Positions 9,451 through 18,561 of a DNA stretch of 24,000 nt are shown piece by piece. The translations under genes were made by a program, and so were the position numbers. The stretch covers positions 279,906 to 303,905 of the forward strand of contig CAWFTU010000024.1 of the NCBI GenBank assembly GCA_963818725.1, in the 5' to 3' direction. Below the pieces are notes generated by a model. That model was not told the DNA's origin, made no database searches, and saw only the letters and a program-made list of their open reading frames with translations. The stretch's first letter is position 1; each line of letters opens with the position of its first letter. This stretch comes from an uncultured Pseudomonadota bacterium. Its GTDB lineage: Bacteria; Pseudomonadota; Alphaproteobacteria; Acetobacterales; Acetobacteraceae.

Positions 9451-10305
9451 ATGGGGGCCAGCATGGACACTGATGTTGGAACGACCACGTTGCCCGGCGT
9501 GGAAGCAAGCCTTGTTTATCTCGCGCCGATGGCCGAGCGTCCGTACAATCTCACCTATGAGCCGCCGCCCGGCACGCCCCGCACCAACGTGGTGCAGGAA
9601 GCGCACCGGGTGAAGATCAGCGACGCCCGGCCTATCACTGACGAATTGAGCCTGGATCGCGAGGGTTTTGCCCTGGTGCGGCGCCACAGCGCCGTGCGCG
9701 ACTTTTATGACGAGGACGAGCTGCGCCGGGTCTACTATCCAGAAGCCGAGCAACTTGTTGCCCAAGCAACCGGGGCCTCAAGGGTGATCGTGTTCGACCA
9801 CACGATCCGGCGGCGCGTCTGGGGCTCGGAGGACCGCAGCGCCGGCACGCCGCGCCAGCCGGTTAGCCGCGTCCACAACGATTACACCGAGATCTCGGCG
9901 CCGCAGCGCATTCGCGACTTGATGGGCGAGGAAGCCGAGGCGCTGCTCCAGCGCCGCTATGAATTCATCAACGTGTGGCGACCGATCCGTGGCCCGCTCC
10001 GGGACTCGCCGCTCGCGATGTGCGATGCCCGCAGCCTCGCGCCCACAGATCTGGTCGCCTCTGACCTGGTGTACCGCGACCGCAAGGGTGAGACGTACGC
10101 TGTGCTCTACAACCCGGCGCATCGCTGGTTCTATGTGCCCGACATGCAGCCCGACGAGGCGTTGCTGCTGAAATGCTTCGATTCGGCGCGCGACGGCCGT
10201 GCGCGGCTGTCTCCGCACGGGGCATTCGTCGATCCAACGGCGCCGGCCGACATCTTGCCACGCGAGAGCATCGAGCTGCGCACGATTGCCTTCCACGCGG
10301 CGTGA
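9451..10305 (+). CDS. CmcJ/NvfI-family oxidoreductase/hydroxylase-like protein
   Basis: 284 aa with RVIVFDHTIRRR, RVHNDYT, RYEFINVWRPIRGPLRDSPLAMCDARS and YNPAHRWFYVPDMQPDEALLLKCFDS, typical of this family. Start may be ATG 9451 or 9463. Confidence 0.86.
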   Translation: MGASMDTDVGTTTLPGVEASLVYLAPMAERPYNLTYEPPPGTPRTNVVQEAHRVKISDARPITDELSLDREGFALVRRHSAVRDFYDEDELRRVYYPEAEQLVAQATGASRVIVFDHTIRRRVWGSEDRSAGTPRQPVSRVHNDYTEISAPQRIRDLMGEEAEALLQRRYEFINVWRPIRGPLRDSPLAMCDARSLAPTDLVASDLVYRDRKGETYAVLYNPAHRWFYVPDMQPDEALLLKCFDSARDGRARLSPHGAFVDPTAPADILPRESIELRTIAFHAA

Positions 10306-10391
10306 TTCATGTCACCTGCCGGCTCCGTCTCGGCGAGTTGAGGAGAGTTTGCCGGCGCGGGAGAGTGCTCGCGAAGCACGCGCAGCACGGT

Positions 10392-11222
10392 TTATACCGC
10401 TGGCCGAATCTGCTCCACGACGACCGTTCGCCTTTTCCCGTCGATTTCGATCTCGGCCTCGTCTTCCGCCCGCAGCCCGAGAATCGCCACGGCGAGAGGA
10501 GAGGTTGGAGCGATCCGGGTGCGCCCATCCGCCAACCCGTCCGCCACGATCCGCAGCATGAGCGATCGCGCTCTACCGTCTGCATAGCGCACCACCACGG
10601 TATCACCCACTTCTATCCGCCTGACGGCGGGGGAAGAGATGCCGCCTGACTCCCACTGTTCAAACAGCGGCATCGCTCCGACGGCCGGAGTTGCTGCCGC
10701 CTGCTGGTTCGCTTCGGCGCGATGGCGAACGGCGCGGAACTCCACCGGCATCGGATCGCCGCCGGAAACGGTGCCGATAGGCGTGATGCCGTGGCGCTCC
10801 AGCGTCGCGACAAGGTCGCGGAACGTCGCCTCCTTGTCGGCCTCCCACTCCGAGGCCCAGCACCGCCAGAATGTCCACCCGACCCGCTCCAGCGCCTTCT
10901 GCCGATTCACGTCCTGCGCCCAGCGGTCCGGGCCGTGGAATGCGTCCCCGTCCAGTTCCACGGCGAGGCGGCGATCGTCGGCGCCTTCGATCACGAAGTC
11001 GATTTTGTACCCGCCTGTCGGAACCTGCGCGCGCAGCCGATAGCCCGCCTTCAGGAGACGCGCGCCGACGTCGCGCTCGAAGCCGGAGTCGCACGCGGCC
11101 AAGACATCGTCGCCTTGGCCGATCCGCCCGCCCGCCATTGGGTTTTGGAAATGCCGCAACACGTCCAGCTTGATGTCGCCCTCCTTCAGCATCGACAGCG
11201 TGACCGAACGGACCAGAACCAT
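10392..11222 (-). CDS. C-terminal continuation of the helicase gene: Vsr/MTES-like restriction-endonuclease-fold domain plus Gre-like C-terminal domain
   Basis: 276 aa beginning MVLVRSV (the expected continuation of motif VI ...SRARDRMVLVRS). Nuclease-like segment FERDVGARLLKAGYRLRAQVPTGGYKIDFVIEG...LAVELDGDAFHG...RQKALERVGW. Confidence 0.85.
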   Translation of the reverse strand: MVLVRSVTLSMLKEGDIKLDVLRHFQNPMAGGRIGQGDDVLAACDSGFERDVGARLLKAGYRLRAQVPTGGYKIDFVIEGADDRRLAVELDGDAFHGPDRWAQDVNRQKALERVGWTFWRCWASEWEADKEATFRDLVATLERHGITPIGTVSGGDPMPVEFRAVRHRAEANQQAAATPAVGAMPLFEQWESGGISSPAVRRIEVGDTVVVRYADGRARSLMLRIVADGLADGRTRIAPTSPLAVAILGLRAEDEAEIEIDGKRRTVVVEQIRPAV

Positions 11223-14200
11223 GCGGTCCCGCGCGCGCGCGCCACGTTATAGCGCTGCTCGTACAGTCGGCTCGATTGCTTCGACGCCGTCGCCTCGTCG
11301 TGGACCATAGACAGGAACATGATATCACGCTCCTGGCCCTGGAAGGTGGCGGCATCGCCGCACATGATGCGATGGTCGCTCATAGCCTCGGGACCGACGG
11401 CCTGGATGAGCCGGTCGTAAATCAGCTTGGCCTGCTTGTCAGCGTGCAGCGATATCACGCCGATGCTGCGCTTGCGGGAGGCGTTCAGCACCGGATCGGC
11501 GATGGCGCGCTTGATTTCCTCGACGATCACCTCGGCCTCGGGCTCGTTCACGTTGCCCCGCCGCGTCCCGTCCTTGACGAGGATATCCACAAGTGGCGGG
11601 TCAATGCGCTCGCTCGGCTTCGGCAGGCGGAGCGGCACCAGACGGCCGTCATAGAAGCGGGAGGAGAAGCGGATGATCGGCTCGACGCAGCGGAAGTGCT
11701 CGCGCAGGACGACCACCCTCCCCGGATACATCATGCCGCCCACCTCATAGAGCGATGTCGCCGGGTCGATCTGCTGCGCCAAGGGTTGGCCCACGAGGTA
11801 CGTATTGCGCAGCCGGCTGATGGCAGCGTCCTCGATGCCCACCGCGACCGGGCTCACCTGCCGGTCGTCGCCGACAATGAGCAGCTTCTTCCCGCGCAGC
11901 ACGACCGGCAGCGCCAGGATGTTCGACTGGCTCGCCTCGTCGATGATGACGAGGTCGAAGCCGCCCAGCTCCGGCGGAAGCTGCTCGGCAACCCGCCATT
12001 CCGGCATGATCCAGCAGGGAATCGCCTTCACGGCGCGTTGCAGGCTGTCGCGCAGGATGCGCCTCTGCCGGACCGCCGTGACGGCACCCGCCGTCTTCGG
12101 CAATTGCGCGAGGGCCGAGAGGAACTGCCGCAGCGCCGCCTGCACGTTCTCCGTCAACCGGGGGTGCAGCCCAAGGTAGGTCAGCGCCTCGATCGCTTCT
12201 AGGAAGTGCCGCTCCCGCGAGGCCGTCAGTTCGGCGTGCTCGTTGGTCAGCGCTTGGACCACGGCGCGGTTGGCGACGCGGGCCAGGAAGCCTGCCGCGC
12301 GCGCGTAGTCCCAGGCGTCGCGCCAGTGCGCGGGAAGGATGGACGTGTCGTCGGTGTCCGGCACAAGCTCGATTCGCGCCGCCCATTCCTCCGCGCCGCT
12401 GTCGCGAACGAGGGCCGCCAGCGCCGACAGCCTGCGGAGGTCGTCGCGTCGCCCGGCCAAGCGATCGGCCTCGGCCTGGATGTCGCGCCAACCCGCGGCG
12501 ATCTCGGCATCGTCGATGCCCCGCGTGCCAAGCGCCTCCGTCATCTGCCGAAGCGCCGCGCCCAGGTCTCCGCCGGCCCGGTCGCCGGCTTCACGAAGCC
12601 CGCCGCGCAGCCGCTCTGCCTCCGCCGCGTCCGCCTCTCCCAGGTTGGCCCGAAGCGAGTCGACGGCCACCGAGACCTCGATCCGCAACACAACCAAGTC
12701 GGCTTCCAGCCCGTAGGGGAACAGCGCCCGCAGCCGCGCCAGCCGAGCCTGGGCCTGGTTCAGCAGGGTCAGCATCTCGAAGGCCGGCTTGCCGAGGGCG
12801 CTCAGAGCCCCGCGCGCCGCCGCCGCATGGTCCTCGGGCAGCCGCGTCAGGCCATGCTGCGCGGCGAATGCGTTCCATCGGGCGACGAAGCCGCGCGCCT
12901 CCCGGCGCCATGCATGAAGCTCGGCCAGCTTCGCCCAGGAGGCCGCGTCGCGCGGCGGTTCGGCAGCGATCCGGGCTGCCTCGATCGCATCCTTGATCGG
13001 GCTGCGCCGGAAGCCCTCGAAGAAGCCAAATGGCCGTCGGCCGGCCGCGAGGTTCTCGAGCGCCTGGCCCAGCCCATCCGAGTGTGGGATGTCCGGCAGT
13101 TCCAACGCGTGCAGCGCGAGCGTGTCGCCCTGCTCGGCGAGTCGCGCCGCTTCCGCCAGCATCGGACGCAAGCCCTCGGCGTCGAGCCGCCCCCAGGGAC
13201 GCCCCTCTGCCAGCGCCTCCCAGGCCGCCGTCATCCAGGCATGATTGAGGCAGCCGTCCCGCCAGGACGCCAGCCGCTCCAGCCACGCGAGCAGCTCCGC
13301 CAGCTCGCCCGGCTTGGCCGCCGAGAGGTCTGGGCGAGGCAGACTGCCCTCGCGTTCCTGTAGCCGCCGCTCCGCCGCACCGCGCAGGACACGGTGCGCC
13401 GCGACCACGGCGCCAAGGCTGGGCAGGGCCTCCGATCCCCCGGGAAGATCATCGGCGCGGTAGCGTATGTCCTCGCCAACCCGGCTTCGCAGCGCGCGGG
13501 CCTCGGTGATCTCGGCTTCCCCGAAGCGCGGCTCGTACCGGAGCGTGAGATCGAGCCTGTCGGGAAACCAGGCGTGACGCTGGCCCTGGGCGGCGGCCCA
13601 CGCGGCGATTTCTTGCGGCAGGGCACTGGCGCCGCGCCAAGGAACCTTCGTCAGATTCGCGCGCGCCACGGCCGTCAGCTCGGCGTCGATCTCGGCGAGA
13701 CGCGCATCCGCCTGGGTGATGGCGCGAAGCAGATCCTCGGCCCGCCGCTCGGTTTGCCATGGGTTGATGGACTGCGCCCGCTCCGCGAGCGCTGACACCG
13801 CTGCCTCCAACTGCCGCGCGCCCTCACGGTCGCTGTGCGTCACCGCGATCGCTAGGTTGCGCAGCGCGGGCGGCAGCTTCTCGCGGATCGCGCTGAGCGC
13901 CTCGGCTGTATGGGCGGCGACGAGGACGCGGCGCCCCTTTGCCATCGAGTGCCCGATGACGTTGGCAATGGTGTGCGTCTTGCCGGTACCAGGCGGCCCC
14001 TGCACCACCACACCATGCACGTCTTTCTGCTCCAGCCGGCGGGCGAGTTCCTCCTGCTCCTCATTGGCGGGAAGAGGAAAGAAGAGCCACTCGCGACGCG
14101 CCTCGCGACGTTCGTCGCCAGAGGCGCCGATCCAGCCGCCGGGCGTTGTCCCGGACGCGGAGCTAATCAGGCGATCTGGGTCGAACGGCGTGCCGTCGTC

Positions 14201-15343
14201 GGGCGCCACATCCGGCGGCGGCACAACGAAGCGGCGGGCCGTTTCCGGCAACGATGTTGCATCCTGTTTCACGATCTCGGACAATCGGCCGATGTCGTCG
14301 CGCAGCACGTCACTGCGGCGAGGGCGGACGATCACGCAGAGGCTGGGACTGATGCGCAGCCATTCCCCCGCCGGTCCCAGCTCCTCACCGGGCGCCAGCA
14401 CCGCGCCGCTGGCACCCAGGTGCGCGGCGCAGGTCTCGAGCACCTCGCGAAAGCTGGCCGGATGACACGGGCCGAAAGGCCGATTCGGATCCCTGGCGAT
14501 GTCCTCCAGCCGCCTCGCCAAGTCGCGCTGCAAACGCGACGCGGCGTTGATGCCAAGGTCCAGAAAAGGATGCAGCGCGGGCGTGGGCGGCACGCTGCGC
14601 GGCAGGATCGCCAGCGTGCCGTTTGACTCGTCCAGCTCGAACTCGGCGCGCTGCTCGATCAACGGCACGTTCACGCGCTGGCCGTTATAGTTCCAGCGCG
14701 CGAGTCCAAGGCCGACCACGAGTTCCTGTCCGCCCTCGCCGCCCGCCGCCGCGATCTGCGCCTGGGCCTTGTACAGCACCTCGTAGAGCTTGATCGCCTC
14801 GCGCCTGGGCGCTTCTTCGATCGCCCACGCCTGCCAAGGCCCTGCCGTGTAGGATGCCAGTGCCTCGACGATTTCCAGCAAGTCCGCCGGGCGGAGTGGC
14901 ACGGCCCATTGCTCGGCCTCTCCGGAGGTGCCGGGCACACGGGCGATCGCATCGGCGGTGGCGAGGCCGACTTCGATCAGGTCCGTCGCCTCCTCGGGCG
15001 TGATCCGCACGACCCGCTCGGCCAGGAGAACGGGAGGCTTGGCCGGCGTGGGACGCGCCTCCGGCCTCAACCAAGGCTCAAGCCGCGCGCCAGGCTGAGG
15101 CGGGGGCTGCTCCTGAAGGCGCGCGAACGACAGCCACACGTCTTCCGCCGGGCCGATAGTGACGCCGGGCAGCGGGTCGCCGTTCTTTCCCCGTAAATCC
15201 GACTCCGTCAGGTGGATCGGATAATCCACGATATCGAAGATGACCCGATCGCGCGTGGCCAGGAGTTGTTCGGTAAACTGGAGGAGGTTTCGAAGGTCTT
15301 CGCGGACCTGGGCATCCTCGGGCGCAAGTCTGTCATCGGGCAT
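11186..15343 (-). CDS. Large SF1 (UPF1/Dna2-like) helicase, N-terminal part of a frameshifted gene
   Basis: 1385 aa with Walker A QGPPGTGKTHT, Walker B VIIDEASQ, GDDRQVSP, LREHFRC and TFQGQERDIMFLSMV. Frame is lost at QRYNVA (motif VI), followed by an unrelated tail. Confidence 0.9.
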   Translation of the reverse strand: MPDDRLAPEDAQVREDLRNLLQFTEQLLATRDRVIFDIVDYPIHLTESDLRGKNGDPLPGVTIGPAEDVWLSFARLQEQPPPQPGARLEPWLRPEARPTPAKPPVLLAERVVRITPEEATDLIEVGLATADAIARVPGTSGEAEQWAVPLRPADLLEIVEALASYTAGPWQAWAIEEAPRREAIKLYEVLYKAQAQIAAAGGEGGQELVVGLGLARWNYNGQRVNVPLIEQRAEFELDESNGTLAILPRSVPPTPALHPFLDLGINAASRLQRDLARRLEDIARDPNRPFGPCHPASFREVLETCAAHLGASGAVLAPGEELGPAGEWLRISPSLCVIVRPRRSDVLRDDIGRLSEIVKQDATSLPETARRFVVPPPDVAPDDGTPFDPDRLISSASGTTPGGWIGASGDERREARREWLFFPLPANEEQEELARRLEQKDVHGVVVQGPPGTGKTHTIANVIGHSMAKGRRVLVAAHTAEALSAIREKLPPALRNLAIAVTHSDREGARQLEAAVSALAERAQSINPWQTERRAEDLLRAITQADARLAEIDAELTAVARANLTKVPWRGASALPQEIAAWAAAQGQRHAWFPDRLDLTLRYEPRFGEAEITEARALRSRVGEDIRYRADDLPGGSEALPSLGAVVAAHRVLRGAAERRLQEREGSLPRPDLSAAKPGELAELLAWLERLASWRDGCLNHAWMTAAWEALAEGRPWGRLDAEGLRPMLAEAARLAEQGDTLALHALELPDIPHSDGLGQALENLAAGRRPFGFFEGFRRSPIKDAIEAARIAAEPPRDAASWAKLAELHAWRREARGFVARWNAFAAQHGLTRLPEDHAAAARGALSALGKPAFEMLTLLNQAQARLARLRALFPYGLEADLVVLRIEVSVAVDSLRANLGEADAAEAERLRGGLREAGDRAGGDLGAALRQMTEALGTRGIDDAEIAAGWRDIQAEADRLAGRRDDLRRLSALAALVRDSGAEEWAARIELVPDTDDTSILPAHWRDAWDYARAAGFLARVANRAVVQALTNEHAELTASRERHFLEAIEALTYLGLHPRLTENVQAALRQFLSALAQLPKTAGAVTAVRQRRILRDSLQRAVKAIPCWIMPEWRVAEQLPPELGGFDLVIIDEASQSNILALPVVLRGKKLLIVGDDRQVSPVAVGIEDAAISRLRNTYLVGQPLAQQIDPATSLYEVGGMMYPGRVVVLREHFRCVEPIIRFSSRFYDGRLVPLRLPKPSERIDPPLVDILVKDGTRRGNVNEPEAEVIVEEIKRAIADPVLNASRKRSIGVISLHADKQAKLIYDRLIQAVGPEAMSDHRIMCGDAATFQGQERDIMFLSMVHDEATASKQSSRLYEQRYNVARARGTAWFWSVRSRCRC

Positions 15344-15448
15344 CGCGGCGCTGGTTGCCTCCGGGCGGATCGCAGCGAAGATGCCCTGTTTCGAACCGGA
15401 ATTGAAAGCGAATGTTGCGGGAGCGTTTTCCTGCCCTGTAACCCTCCC

Positions 15449-18400
15449 CTACTCGGCTGGCGACCCGATCCCGCCCGGCGTCTCCGCAGCCCGCGCTTGG
15501 TCGCCGCCCAACGCGCGGCGGGACAGCCGGCCCGCGACGCGCGAGAGGTCGCCCATCACCGTGTAGAATGACGGCACGAACACCAGTGACAGGGCGGTGG
15601 AGACGAGCAGGCCGCCGATCACGCCGATCGCCATCGGGGCGCGGAACTCGCCGCCATCGCCCAGGCCCAGCGCGCTCGGCACCATGCCGGCCACCATCGC
15701 GATCGTCGTCATGACGATCGGCCGCGCCCGCTTGCGCCCGGCGTCCACCACCGCCTCGCGCGCCGCCACGCCGCGCCGCTCCCCCTCCGCCGCGAAGTCC
15801 ACGAGCATGATCGCGTTCTTCGTCACCACCCCCATCAGCATCAGGATGCCGATGACGACCGGCATGCTGATCGGGTTGCCGGTCACGAGCAGCGCGAGGA
15901 TCACGCCGCCCAGCGAGAGCGGCAGGGAGAACAGGATGGTCAGCGGCTGGAACACGTCGCCCAGCAGCAGCACCAGCACCGCGAGCACCAGCATCAGCCC
16001 CGCGCCCATGGCGGTGGCGAAGCTGCCGAACACCTCGGCCATGATCTCGGCGTCGCCCCCGTCGCGCAGCCGCACGCCGGCCGGCAGGGCCTGCGCCGCC
16101 GGCAGCGCGTGAACCCGCGCGGTCGCCGCGCCGAGCGGAAGGCCGGGGGCGAGGTCCGCTCCGATCGTGACCTGGCGCGCGCGGTCGAAGCGCTCGATCG
16201 AGGACGGCCCGGTGCCGAAGCCGATATCGGCCACCGCCAGCAGCGGCACCGCCTGTCCCATCGCGCCGGTAACCGGCAGGGTTCCGAGCGCGCCGAGGTC
16301 GGCGCGGGCGCCGGTCGCCACCTGCACCCGGATCGGCACCAGCCGCTCGCCCAGCTTCAGCTTGGCCAGCTCCGCCTCGGCGTCGCCGATGGTCGCGACC
16401 CGCACCGCCTCTGAAATGGCCTGTGTCGAAACCCCGAGCCGGGCGGCGTCATCCAGGCGCGGCGTGACCAGCAGCTCCGGCCGAGGCACCCCGGCGCTGG
16501 CAGCGACATTGGAGAAGCCCGGGAGGTGGCGCATCGCCGCCTCAAGTGCCGCGACTGCCTGATCGAGTGCCGCCGGATCGTCACTGAGCAGGCCGACCGT
16601 CAGCTCCCGCTCGCCGCGATCGTTCACGAACCAGCCGCGCAGGTCGGGAATCGCCGCGAGGCGGCGCGTGACCTCGCCCTCGATCTGCTTCTGTTTCCGC
16701 GCACGCGCGCTCTTCGGCACAAGCTCGACGACCATGGCCGCGCGGCGCACCTCCTTGCCCTCGCCGGTCGGCGTCGTGCCGCCCGTGACGAGGACGTGCC
16801 GGACCTCCGGGATGGCGCGGAAGGACCGCGCGGCGGCGTCGATGCGCGCGCGCGTGTCCTCGAGGGTCGAGCCGGGCGGCAGCTCCAGCGAGACCACGAT
16901 GCGGCTCTCATCGCCGGGCGGAATGAAACCGGTCGGCAGCAGCGTGGTGGACCAGATCGACAGGCCGAACAGCGCAAGGCCCGCGAACACCGTCACCCAG
17001 CGCCAGGCCAGCGTGGCCCGCAGGAAGCGCGCGTAGAGCCGCGTGACCCATCCCTCGCGCGCGACGTGCTGTCGATGGGGGCGAAGCAGGTAGGCGGCCA
17101 TCAGCGGCGTCAGCAGCCGGGCGACGAGCAGGGAGGCGAGCACCGCCGCCGCGGCCGTCAGGCCGAACTGCTTGAAGTACTGCCCGGCGATCCCGCCCAT
17201 GAAGCTTACTGGCGCGAACACCGCGACGATCGTGAGCGTGATCGCCACCACGGTCAGGCCGATCTCGTCCGCCGCCTCGATCGCCGCCCGCCAGGCGCCC
17301 TTGCCCATCGGGATGTGGCGGACGATGTTCTCGATCTCCACGCTCGCGTCGTCCACCAGGATGCCGACAACGAGCGTGATCGCGAGCAAACTCACGAAGT
17401 TGAGCGAGAACCCCATCGCGCTCATCGCGAAGAACGCCGGGATGATCGACAGGGGCAGGGCCACGGCGGCGAGCAGCGTCGCCCGCCAGTCGCGCAGGAA
17501 CAGCAGCACGACCAGCACGGCCAGCGCCCCGCCCTCCAGCAGGGCGTGCATCGCGGAGAGATAGCTCCCCTGGCTCGCGCGCACGCCGTCGTCGATGAGC
17601 GCGAAGCCCACATCCGGGTGCGCCTGGTGCAGCGCCGCGACGCGCGCGGCAACGCGCCGGGCCACGTCCACGTCGCTCGCGCCCTTGGCGCGGTAGATCG
17701 CGAAGGCGACGATCGGCGTGTCGCCGTCGAGTCGGGCGAAGCCGCGCGGCTCCTCGACGGTGTCGCTCACCGCGCCAAGGTCGGCGAGCCGCACCTCCCG
17801 CCCGCCTGGCAGCACGATGCGGGCGTCGCGCAGCGCCGCCACGCTCCCGGCCTGGGCCAGGGTGCGGATCGCCTGCTCCTGTCCGCCCACCTCGCCCCGG
17901 CCGCCCGCGAGGTCCACGTTGGTGTCGCGCAGTTGCCGGCTGACGTCGCCCGCCGTGATGCCGAGGGCGGCGAGCCGGTCCGGGTCGAGCGCCACCCGGA
18001 TCTCGCGGGTGACGCCGCCGATCCGCTCCACGCGCCCGACGCCGGGCGCGGCTTGCAGGTCGCGCAGCACGGTGTCGTCCACGAACCATGAGAGCTGCTC
18101 CGGCGTCATGCCGGGCGCGGTCGCGGCGAAGGTCTGGATGCTCTGGCCGACCACGTCGACGCGCTCGATCACCGGCTCGTCGATGCCGCGCGGCAGATCG
18201 GCGCGGATCTTGGCGATGGCGTCCTTGACGTCGTTCAGGGCGCGGTCGGAGCTGACCTCCAGGCGCAGCTCGATGATCGTGCTCGAGAGCCCGTCGGTGA
18301 TGGTGGAAGAGACGTGCTTGACGCCCGCGACATCGGCGACGGCGTCCTCCACCCGCTTCGTCACCTGAGTCTCCAGCTCGGCGGGTGCGGCCCCCGGCTC

Positions 18401-18556
18401 GGTCACGGTCACGGAGACGATCGGGATGTCCACGTTGGGCGCGCGGGTGATCGGCAGCACGTGGAAGGCGAACAGGCCGAGCACGGTCAGCACCGCGAAG
18501 AGCACGAGCGGCGGGATCGGATGACGGACGGCCCAGCCGGAGACGTTGAGCGCCAC
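15449..18556 (-). CDS. RND efflux permease (AcrB/CusA/MMPL superfamily, HAE-like)
   Basis: 1035 aa, MALNVSGWAVRHPIPPLVLFAVLTVLGLFAF..., TM4 GILVDDASVEIENI, VDFAAEGERRG..., ends in TAG. Confidence 0.96.
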   Translation of the reverse strand: MALNVSGWAVRHPIPPLVLFAVLTVLGLFAFHVLPITRAPNVDIPIVSVTVTEPGAAPAELETQVTKRVEDAVADVAGVKHVSSTITDGLSSTIIELRLEVSSDRALNDVKDAIAKIRADLPRGIDEPVIERVDVVGQSIQTFAATAPGMTPEQLSWFVDDTVLRDLQAAPGVGRVERIGGVTREIRVALDPDRLAALGITAGDVSRQLRDTNVDLAGGRGEVGGQEQAIRTLAQAGSVAALRDARIVLPGGREVRLADLGAVSDTVEEPRGFARLDGDTPIVAFAIYRAKGASDVDVARRVAARVAALHQAHPDVGFALIDDGVRASQGSYLSAMHALLEGGALAVLVVLLFLRDWRATLLAAVALPLSIIPAFFAMSAMGFSLNFVSLLAITLVVGILVDDASVEIENIVRHIPMGKGAWRAAIEAADEIGLTVVAITLTIVAVFAPVSFMGGIAGQYFKQFGLTAAAAVLASLLVARLLTPLMAAYLLRPHRQHVAREGWVTRLYARFLRATLAWRWVTVFAGLALFGLSIWSTTLLPTGFIPPGDESRIVVSLELPPGSTLEDTRARIDAAARSFRAIPEVRHVLVTGGTTPTGEGKEVRRAAMVVELVPKSARARKQKQIEGEVTRRLAAIPDLRGWFVNDRGERELTVGLLSDDPAALDQAVAALEAAMRHLPGFSNVAASAGVPRPELLVTPRLDDAARLGVSTQAISEAVRVATIGDAEAELAKLKLGERLVPIRVQVATGARADLGALGTLPVTGAMGQAVPLLAVADIGFGTGPSSIERFDRARQVTIGADLAPGLPLGAATARVHALPAAQALPAGVRLRDGGDAEIMAEVFGSFATAMGAGLMLVLAVLVLLLGDVFQPLTILFSLPLSLGGVILALLVTGNPISMPVVIGILMLMGVVTKNAIMLVDFAAEGERRGVAAREAVVDAGRKRARPIVMTTIAMVAGMVPSALGLGDGGEFRAPMAIGVIGGLLVSTALSLVFVPSFYTVMGDLSRVAGRLSRRALGGDQARAAETPGGIGSPAE

Positions 18557-18561
18557 GGCGC

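Noticed and set aside
10365-10379. GTGCT-CGCGA-AGCAC hairpin between the convergent CmcJ-like and helicase genes as a terminator
   Set aside because: Only a 5-bp stem with no T-tract on either strand. Too weak to call as an intrinsic terminator.
11276-14626. Series of plus-strand ORFs (308, 385, 249 and 238 aa) opposite the helicase
   Set aside because: All antisense to a continuous helicase reading frame with canonical motifs.
16908-18089. 393-aa minus-strand ORF
   Set aside because: Out-of-frame same-strand overlap with the RND permease. Arg/Gly/Pro-rich low-complexity translation.
16526-18091. 521-aa plus-strand ORF
   Set aside because: Antisense shadow of the second RND permease, whose own frame is full of family motifs.
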